40,027 nt of DNA from an uncultured Paludibacter sp. (GTDB taxonomy: Bacteria; Bacteroidota; Bacteroidia; Bacteroidales; Paludibacteraceae). Positions within the stretch are counted from its first letter, which is position 1. Each line of letters starts with the position of its first letter. The translations under genes were made by a program, and so were the position numbers. The notes under the pieces are model-generated. The model was not told the DNA's origin. It did no database searches and saw nothing but the letters and a program-made list of their open reading frames with translations. The stretch spans positions 1 through 40,027 of the forward strand of contig CAZEEB010000001.1 in NCBI GenBank assembly GCA_964511245.1, given 5' to 3'. This document shows positions 18,801 to 26,270 of the stretch, one piece after another.

Positions 18801-18873
18801 TGAAACCAAAAACAAACATCGCAAATACGGCTACAAAAGCCCGTAATTTGAGCTTAAAGTGATTGTACTTCAT
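15805..18873 (-). CDS. susC: SusC/RagA family TonB-dependent transporter
   Basis: CarbopepD-like N-terminus, [50 protein letters not shown], GLDPE, terminal Phe. Confidence 0.98.
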   Translation of the reverse strand: [1022 protein letters not shown]

Positions 18874-18998
18874 GCATGATTTTTTTTAAGGTATGAAAAT
18901 TCTGTTTATTTTTATCGTTGTAAATCAATTATTGAAACATGTTATTTATCGTGATAAATCACTTAATATGTCCTCAGTTGCTTCACAATTCATGGGAG

Positions 18999-19006
18999 CA
19001 AAAATA
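18999..19006 (-). promoter_or_regulatory. -7 promoter element (TATTTTTG) for susCD
   Basis: TAnnTTTG match about 125 nt upstream of susC. Confidence 0.55.
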
Positions 19007-19061
19007 GAGCATTAATAAATATTTGTAAACTGTGTTTATTAAATATAATTCGAAAAACTTA

Positions 19062-19075
19062 TGCAAACGTTTGCA
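19062..19075. promoter_or_regulatory. LacI-family operator TGCAAACGTTTGCA in the susC/lacI divergent region
   Basis: 14-bp perfect palindrome identical to the core of the 14026-14055 site. Confidence 0.85.
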
Positions 19076-19127
19076 GTTCAAAATTATTTTTTTTGTTTAG
19101 AAAATTTTTTATTCGGATAAACTGTTT

Positions 19128-19135
19128 TACTTTTG
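19128..19135 (+). promoter_or_regulatory. -7 promoter element (TACTTTTG) for the lacI operon
   Basis: TAnnTTTG match upstream of the LacI gene. Confidence 0.5.
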
Positions 19136-19278
19136 CAATTGAAATACTTTACTATGAAAATTTGGAAGTGGATAATTCCATTTTAATTGAAGTCTAATAC
19201 GCTTACAAATAGAATATTATATATTTATAATGATATAAATGTCTCCTGTTTTTAAATTTCCAATTCAATTAAATAGAA

Positions 19279-20289
19279 ATGATAAAACCACAAATTACGA
19301 TTAAAGATATTGCTCGGGCACTCAATATTTCTCCTTCCACTGTATCGAGAGCACTTAAAAATCATCCGGATATCAGTCAGGACACAAAAGATGTGGTAAA
19401 TAAATACGCAAAAGATTTTAACTACAAGCCAAATACTCTTGCTCTGAGTCTTAGAATGAGTAAAAATAATACTATTGGGGTTATTGTGCCTGAAATTAAT
19501 AATTATTTTTTCTCTTCAGTTCTGTCGGGTATTGAGCAAGTTGCAAATCAAGAAGATTTCAATGTAATTCTTTGTCAATCGGGCGAAAACTACGAAAAAG
19601 AAGTGAGGGACACTCAAGCACTCATTGCCACTCGGGTTTCGGGCGTTTTAGCATCACTTTGCAAACATACCACAAATTACGATCATTTTCAGGAAATAAT
19701 TGACAGTTATATTCCACTTGTATTTTTTGATAGAATATGCATTGGTATTAATAGCGACCGTGTAGTTGTTGATGATTATGCCGGAGCATTTGCTGCCGTT
19801 GAATACTTAATTCAGACCGGTTGTAAACGCATAGCTTTTTATAGTTCGCCCTTGCATTTGGAAATTTCTAAAAACAGAAAAAACGGCTATTTAGATGCCC
19901 TCCGAAAATATAGTATTCCTGTTGACGAAAGTTTGATTCGGGTATGTGACACTCGGGAAGAAGCGATTATCATAACACCGGAAATTCTGGAAAGTGAAAA
20001 CCGCCCTGATGGCTTTTTTGCCATCAACGACCATTGTGCAGCCGGAATTCTGTATGCAGTGAAACTTGCCAAACTGAAAGTACCTGATGACATTGCTATT
20101 TTTGGGTTTTCGGATGGGGAACTTGCAAAAGCCTGTGATCCAATGCTTAGCACGGTTGAACAACATGGATTTGAAATGGGAAAATACGCTGCCAAATTAT
20201 TGCTCGACAAAATAAATGGCATAACACACGGACAATACACAAATAAAATTGTAAAAACCAACCTTATAATCCGAGGAACAACAAAATGA
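19279..20289 (+). CDS. LacI family transcriptional regulator (maltose/maltodextrin locus)
   Basis: TIKDIARALNISPSTVSRAL HTH, YKPN...A.SL hinge, periplasmic-binding-protein-like effector domain (VPDDIAIFGF). Confidence 0.96.
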   Translation: MIKPQITIKDIARALNISPSTVSRALKNHPDISQDTKDVVNKYAKDFNYKPNTLALSLRMSKNNTIGVIVPEINNYFFSSVLSGIEQVANQEDFNVILCQSGENYEKEVRDTQALIATRVSGVLASLCKHTTNYDHFQEIIDSYIPLVFFDRICIGINSDRVVVDDYAGAFAAVEYLIQTGCKRIAFYSSPLHLEISKNRKNGYLDALRKYSIPVDESLIRVCDTREEAIIITPEILESENRPDGFFAINDHCAAGILYAVKLAKLKVPDDIAIFGFSDGELAKACDPMLSTVEQHGFEMGKYAAKLLLDKINGITHGQYTNKIVKTNLIIRGTTK

Positions 20290-21593
20290 AAAAGAAACTG
20301 AGTTTTTTTCAAATAATGAACATGAGTTTTGGATTTCTAGGAATTCAATTTGGTTTTGCTTTGCAAAATGTCAATGCATCCCGAATTCTTATGACTTTTG
20401 GTGCCGATGTAGATCATTTGAGTTGGTTTTGGCTTGTTGCTCCAATTACCGGAATGATTATACAACCGATTATTGGATATTACAGTGATAAAACCTGGAC
20501 AAAATTAGGACGTCGACGTCCTTATTTCCTTGCAGGAGCCATTCTCACAAGCATCGCATTAATATTAATGCCAAATGCTCCACATTTATCTTCTATAATT
20601 TCACCAATGCTTGTTGGTGGAGGATTATTAATGATAATGGACGCTTCTATCAACATTTCAATGGAACCTTTCAGAGCATTGGTAGCCGATAAACTTCCGG
20701 ATGAACAACATACAATGGGTTTTTCTGTTCAAACCTTGTTAATTGGAGTTGGAGCTGTTGGCGGTTCATGGTTGCCTTATATGTTGGGCAATTGGATGGG
20801 CGTTTCGAAAGAAGCAGGAGCTAAAGGTTTAGTACCCGATAATGTGAGTTATTCATTTTATTTTGGTGCTTTTGTGTTAATTAGCTCAATATTATGGACA
20901 GTTTTCAGTACCAGCGAATATCCACCGGAACAACTGAGTGAAAGCATTGAAACGGAGAAAAAAGAGAAATTTTCTATACCACCAGTTATGGTACAGCTTT
21001 TATTGGTACAGTTTTTTTCATGGTTTGCACTTTTCTCTATGTGGGTTTATACTACACCGGCAGTTGCGCTTAAATTTTATCATACCACCGATGCAAATTC
21101 GCCATTATTTCAGGAAGCGGGCAACTGGGTTGGCATTTTATTTGGTATTTATAACGGAATGTCGGCAATTTTGGCTTTAATGCTACCTGTTTTAGCTAAG
21201 CAATTTACAAAAAAAGGGACACATGCCATTGCATTATTTATTGGCGGATTGTCGCTCCTTTCATTCATGTTAATTAGTGATTCACAATTACTTATTGTTC
21301 CGATGATAGGAATTGGCATTGCATGGGCAAGCATTTTGGCTATGCCTTATGCTATTCTGGCTCATTCAATACCTGCAAAAAAAATGGGAATGTATATGGG
21401 TTTATTTAATATGTCAATAACGATACCTCAAATTGTAAGTGGTATATGTACCGGATTAATTTTAAAGTATTTCTTTGCTGATAATCCTATTTATTGCATA
21501 GTTATGGCCGGAGTTTCATTTATAATTGCAAGCGGCTTATCGCTTTTGATAAATGAAAATGCAAAACGAAAAACAAAAAAAGCCGAAGTTTAA
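20286..21593 (+). CDS. MFS maltose/maltooligosaccharide transporter (SLC45/sucrose-transporter-like)
   Basis: MSFGFLGIQFGFALQ, QPIIGYYSD, GRRRPY, MEPFRALVAD, VQFFSWFALF, MGLFN...IPQ; overlaps the lacI stop (ATGA). Confidence 0.92.
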   Translation: MKKKLSFFQIMNMSFGFLGIQFGFALQNVNASRILMTFGADVDHLSWFWLVAPITGMIIQPIIGYYSDKTWTKLGRRRPYFLAGAILTSIALILMPNAPHLSSIISPMLVGGGLLMIMDASINISMEPFRALVADKLPDEQHTMGFSVQTLLIGVGAVGGSWLPYMLGNWMGVSKEAGAKGLVPDNVSYSFYFGAFVLISSILWTVFSTSEYPPEQLSESIETEKKEKFSIPPVMVQLLLVQFFSWFALFSMWVYTTPAVALKFYHTTDANSPLFQEAGNWVGILFGIYNGMSAILALMLPVLAKQFTKKGTHAIALFIGGLSLLSFMLISDSQLLIVPMIGIGIAWASILAMPYAILAHSIPAKKMGMYMGLFNMSITIPQIVSGICTGLILKYFFADNPIYCIVMAGVSFIIASGLSLLINENAKRKTKKAEV

Positions 21594-21638
21594 TTTCAAC
21601 TAAAAAGTGTAGAAATAGTTCAACTAAAAAATCATACG

Positions 21639-22598
21639 ATGACAGAAAATCAACATTCAAATCCATGCTGCATTTCTGATGTGGGCTTCCTAGCCGAAAA
21701 TCAAATGAAAGCTGAAGAGCAATTCAGTTTGACTAACGGACAAATTCTACAACGTGCAAATTTTGAGGAATTTTATTCCGGAGAAACTAAAAACGGAACC
21801 TATCATAAAGGAATTTACAAGGATAAGCTTGATAATTCCGAACTTTCCTGCCTTCCCGACTGGATAAGTATGTATGTTCGGCTTAATGCCGAAATAGTTG
21901 ATTTAAATCAATGTGATATTATACATTTTAATCGCTCGTTGAATCTGGAAAATGGGATCTTTGAACGCAATTTTGAAATTATTACAGCTGAAAATCATCA
22001 TATAGAAGTTTCAATTCAACGCTTCATTAGTCAGTCACAGTTAGAAGCAGGAGCAATAAAATACACTGTAAAATCCCACAATTTTAACGGTAGAATTTCA
22101 TTTAGCCCGGTTATTGATGGCGATATAAATAAATCAAAATCAGAAGAATACGAACCAGAATGGAATGTTTTACAATCCAAAACCCAACAAAACGTGGCTC
22201 ATCTTTGGATTCAAACCCGTAAAACAAATTTTCAAATATGTCAGGCAATAAGTTATGACCTTTTCAAAAACAATATGCAAATTAAAAGCAATCCAACAAA
22301 AATCGAAAAACAAAAAGTTGCCGGATTTTCAGTTGGAGTTGATTTAAAAGCAAACGATACGGTATGCATTTATAAATTTTTGGCAATGTATAACTCGTTA
22401 AAAACTCCCTATTTGCAATTAACGTCTAAAGCCTGCGAAATGGCTATGCATATGAAAAATACCGGTTGGAACGAATTGATTGAAGAAAACACATCGGCAT
22501 GGAAACAGAAATGGGATAAATTTGATTTTGACTCTGATTTAGAGCTAAAACGAAAAAATATTTTTGCTGAATATATGAAAATTAAAGCATCATTATAG
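21639..22598 (+). CDS. GH65 (maltose phosphorylase family) N-terminal domain-only protein, catalytic barrel absent
   Basis: FSLTNG...QRANFEEFYSGET, LPDWI, FNRSLNLENGIFERNF match the GH65 N-terminal beta-sandwich. The ORF stops at 319 aa just after the linker AWKQKW; full enzymes are about 750-770 aa. Confidence 0.8.
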   Translation: MTENQHSNPCCISDVGFLAENQMKAEEQFSLTNGQILQRANFEEFYSGETKNGTYHKGIYKDKLDNSELSCLPDWISMYVRLNAEIVDLNQCDIIHFNRSLNLENGIFERNFEIITAENHHIEVSIQRFISQSQLEAGAIKYTVKSHNFNGRISFSPVIDGDINKSKSEEYEPEWNVLQSKTQQNVAHLWIQTRKTNFQICQAISYDLFKNNMQIKSNPTKIEKQKVAGFSVGVDLKANDTVCIYKFLAMYNSLKTPYLQLTSKACEMAMHMKNTGWNELIEENTSAWKQKWDKFDFDSDLELKRKNIFAEYMKIKASL

Positions 22599-22630
22599 TT
22601 TATAACTTACTATATAGCACATTATCAAAA

Positions 22631-24484
22631 ATGAAACAATTTTTACTTTTACTATTATTATTGAACTTAGGGTTTCAAACTGAAGCCAAGAAAAAGGCTG
22701 AAATTATTGTTCACCGTGTAGAACCCTTGTCGTGGTGGACAGAGATGGCTCAGTCGGAATTACAAATAATGCTATATGGAAAAGATATTGCATCGGCCGA
22801 AGTTTCAATAAATTATCCGGGAGTGAATTTGTTTAGAAAAGAAAAAACAGGGAATCAAAATTATCTGTTTTTATATTTAAATATTTCAAGTCAAACACAA
22901 CCGGGAGTGTTCAATATTCAAATTAGTAAAAATAAAATTACCCAAATCGTACCTTATGAATTAAAAAAACGAAAAGAAAAATCTGCTCTCCGAAAAAGTT
23001 TCGATGAATCTGATGCAATATATCTGTTGATGCCCGACCGATTTGCCAATGGAAATTTAGACAATGACTCGGTTACAGGTTACCATCAAGCAGTTCATCG
23101 TGAAGTACCTGGAGCAAGACATGGTGGTGACATTGAAGGAGTTATATCTAAAATCCCCTATCTTGCCGATTTGGGAATTACAGCACTTTGGACAACACCA
23201 CTTTTTGACAATAATGACAGTAATTATTCGTACCATCATTATGCTTGCTCTGATTATTATAAAATAGATCCTCGTTTGGGAAATAATGACGATTATTTAC
23301 GACTTTCGGATTCTTGTCATCGTAAAGGCTTGAAATTACTTATCGATGTTGTGCCAAATCATTGTGGATCATCCCATTGGTGGTTAAAAGATTTGCCTTC
23401 GACTGATTGGTTTAACAAATGGCCAAGCTATACTTCTTCTAATTATCGAATGACTGCCTGGACTGACCCACATGCATCAGAATCAGACTTATACCGACTC
23501 ACACACGGATGGTTTGCACCCAATATGCCAGATTTAAACTTACAAAATCCATTGCTTTTTGATTATTTGCGTCAGGTTTATACATATTGGATTGAGTTGG
23601 CAAATATAGACGGAATGCGGGTTGACACTTATCCATACAACGACATTAATACGGCTGCACGATTTATTCAAGCCATTCGAAAAGAATATCCGGCAATGAA
23701 TGTAGTTGGCGAATGTTGGGTAAAAACACCTGCTCAAATTGCGTATTATCAATCGGGAAATAATAATAAAGATGGTTTCGATTCCAAACTTACAAGCGTA
23801 ATGGATTTTTGTTTGAAAGATGTTTTGAGTGATGCGTTCAATGAATCTGAAAGTTGGGAAGGTGGAATGGCAAGTTTTTACTTACATTATGCTCAGGATT
23901 TTGTGTATCCGAATCCAAATTTAATCATGAATTTTTTAGATAACCATGACATTGACCGATATTCAACATCGGTTAAAAGTGATATTCAGAAATATAAAAT
24001 GGGATTGGCTATGCTCATTACTGCACGTGGATACCCTCAAATTTATTATGGCACAGAAATAATGATTGATGGTATTGCCGGTAGCTACGAAGGAAATCGT
24101 TTCGATTTTCCGGGCGGGTGGCCGTCCGACAAACACAATGCATTTGTTCCCGAAGGTAGAACGAACCTTGAAAACGAAGTATTTAACTACCTGAAAATTT
24201 TGCTAAACTATCGAAAAAAAAATCCGGTTTTGCAAAGCGGATTAATGAAGCAATTTATTCCTGAAAATGGAATTTATGTCAATTTCAGATATAATAAAGA
24301 AAAAACCGTAATGATAATTGCAAATAACAACAATTTGGGAAACAAAGGAATTCAACTTGGCAGATTCAAAGAAATGCTGACTGATAAAACTTCGGCTACT
24401 GAAATTACTACGGGTATAAGCTATAATTTACAAAATCCAATTCCGGTTCCGGCCAAATCAGTTTTAATATTAGAGTTAAAATAA
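22631..24484 (+). CDS. susA: GH13 neopullulanase/cyclomaltodextrinase (SusA-like)
   Basis: Signal peptide, RVEPLSWW N-domain, IYLLMPDRFANG, RHGGDIEG, DVVPNH, DGMRVDT, VGECW, DNHD, DFPGGW. Confidence 0.9.
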   Translation: MKQFLLLLLLLNLGFQTEAKKKAEIIVHRVEPLSWWTEMAQSELQIMLYGKDIASAEVSINYPGVNLFRKEKTGNQNYLFLYLNISSQTQPGVFNIQISKNKITQIVPYELKKRKEKSALRKSFDESDAIYLLMPDRFANGNLDNDSVTGYHQAVHREVPGARHGGDIEGVISKIPYLADLGITALWTTPLFDNNDSNYSYHHYACSDYYKIDPRLGNNDDYLRLSDSCHRKGLKLLIDVVPNHCGSSHWWLKDLPSTDWFNKWPSYTSSNYRMTAWTDPHASESDLYRLTHGWFAPNMPDLNLQNPLLFDYLRQVYTYWIELANIDGMRVDTYPYNDINTAARFIQAIRKEYPAMNVVGECWVKTPAQIAYYQSGNNNKDGFDSKLTSVMDFCLKDVLSDAFNESESWEGGMASFYLHYAQDFVYPNPNLIMNFLDNHDIDRYSTSVKSDIQKYKMGLAMLITARGYPQIYYGTEIMIDGIAGSYEGNRFDFPGGWPSDKHNAFVPEGRTNLENEVFNYLKILLNYRKKNPVLQSGLMKQFIPENGIYVNFRYNKEKTVMIIANNNNLGNKGIQLGRFKEMLTDKTSATEITTGISYNLQNPIPVPAKSVLILELK

Positions 24485-24523
24485 CTACTATCCATTCAAT
24501 TATTAACTTTAAAGAAAATAATT

Positions 24524-26257
24524 ATGAAAAAACTATCCTTAAAATCAGGCATTCAAAAAATCAGATTGGTTGCCCTTCGGTTTCCTTTTACTTTGTTTTT
24601 CTTAATTGGATTAACAGTTCTATTACTACTTCAAATTCACAAATCCGGATTTGAAATTAAACCTGCGCGTTGGGTGTTTTTTTCACTCGGAATTGGTTTA
24701 TCACTTTCAATCAGTTTATTTACCGAGAATTTCAAGTCTTATTTATATAAGGTTGCAATTAATCTACTTGCTGTCATTTTGTTGTTGACATATTGTTTTA
24801 TACTTCCTGATAAATTTCAAGTTGTTGATTTCTATCAAGTTATCACAATCGGAATAACTATAATATTGTCATTTTTTGTTGTACAGTTTTTTAGAAAAGG
24901 CAGTGACAATCCATTCTGGGAGTTTAGTAAAAATGCCACAACACAACTTATCATTTCATCCATATTTGCTCAAATTCTTTTTTCAGGCATTGCCTTAGCA
25001 CTTTTGTCGCTTAAAGAGTTATTCAAAATTGATATACAATCAAATGTATATGGCGACATAGCAGTGCTTTGTTATACTATATTTATGCCAATTTATTTTA
25101 TGGCAAATTTGCCAAACGAAACTGAAGTACATGCTCAGGAATTAAATTTTAATACATTTTTCAAAATTCTTGGATTATACATTTTATTACCCATACTAAC
25201 GCTTTATTCGTTAATATTATATGTGTATTTATTTCAAATTGTATTGAAATGGCAATTACCAAACGGCTGGGTATCAATGCTAGTTTCTGTATTAGGTTTG
25301 GGAGGATTTTTATGTATGTTTATTTTGTATCCACTCAGTTTGAAAAACGAAAATAAATTTGCGAATTTACTATCAAGATATTTCCCTGTACTTTTATTTC
25401 CACTTTTGATATTGATGTCAATTGGCATTTTTCGTCGGCTAGGTGATTATGGAATGACAGTTAACAGACTGTATATCTTAATTTTAAATCTTTGGTTATA
25501 TGGAATAAGTATATACCTTTTCATAACAAAATCAAAGCATTTAAAGTGGATTGTTATTTCATTTGCCAGCGTTCTGTTTCTTTCTTCGGTTGGAAACTGG
25601 AGCGTTTATAGCATTACAAAGCATAAAATGTTGACCGAAATAACACAATTACTAACTGACTCAAAATTGATAAAAAATGGCAAAATAATTGATAATTCAA
25701 AAAAACAAATTGTATTAAAACCCGAGATTTCTAAACCTTTGTCGGAAGATATTAAGTATTTAGTTTCAAATTTCGGAGTTGAAAATTTGCAGCCATTTTT
25801 CAGAACTTCAATTAAAAAACAAAGTTGGAATGAAATTAACAGTCAGCTTGGAATAAGTGAAATACTAGTTTCAAATACATATTTTAATGCATGGACTGAT
25901 AAAAAGAATGCCACTATCATTGGATTATCTGCATACAAATCATTGATTTTCATACCTTCATTCAATTCAGATAAAACTAAAATTATGTCCAATTCTGAAA
26001 TAGAAATCAGCTTACGCAAGTTAGATATTTATATTGTAAACAAATCCAGTTCGGGCGATTTAATAAGAATTCAATTAAAACCAAAACTGAAAGAATTACT
26101 AAAATCAGAGAAAAACCAAAATGCGTACCCACTTAATGAAATGTCGATAACTGGCGGCAATTATAAATTAATAATCACATCGGTTAGCGGTAATTATTAT
26201 TCAATAAATGATAGCATCCATTTAACGAATTGTGACGCACAATTATTTTTAAAATAA
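24524..26257 (+). CDS. DUF4153-like multi-pass membrane protein
   Basis: About 11 TM segments; LRFP, YILLPIL...Y...LYVY...WQLPNG and RRLGDYGMTVNRLY motifs. Confidence 0.8.
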   Translation: MKKLSLKSGIQKIRLVALRFPFTLFFLIGLTVLLLLQIHKSGFEIKPARWVFFSLGIGLSLSISLFTENFKSYLYKVAINLLAVILLLTYCFILPDKFQVVDFYQVITIGITIILSFFVVQFFRKGSDNPFWEFSKNATTQLIISSIFAQILFSGIALALLSLKELFKIDIQSNVYGDIAVLCYTIFMPIYFMANLPNETEVHAQELNFNTFFKILGLYILLPILTLYSLILYVYLFQIVLKWQLPNGWVSMLVSVLGLGGFLCMFILYPLSLKNENKFANLLSRYFPVLLFPLLILMSIGIFRRLGDYGMTVNRLYILILNLWLYGISIYLFITKSKHLKWIVISFASVLFLSSVGNWSVYSITKHKMLTEITQLLTDSKLIKNGKIIDNSKKQIVLKPEISKPLSEDIKYLVSNFGVENLQPFFRTSIKKQSWNEINSQLGISEILVSNTYFNAWTDKKNATIIGLSAYKSLIFIPSFNSDKTKIMSNSEIEISLRKLDIYIVNKSSSGDLIRIQLKPKLKELLKSEKNQNAYPLNEMSITGGNYKLIITSVSGNYYSINDSIHLTNCDAQLFLK

Positions 26258-26270
26258 AACATATAACTAC

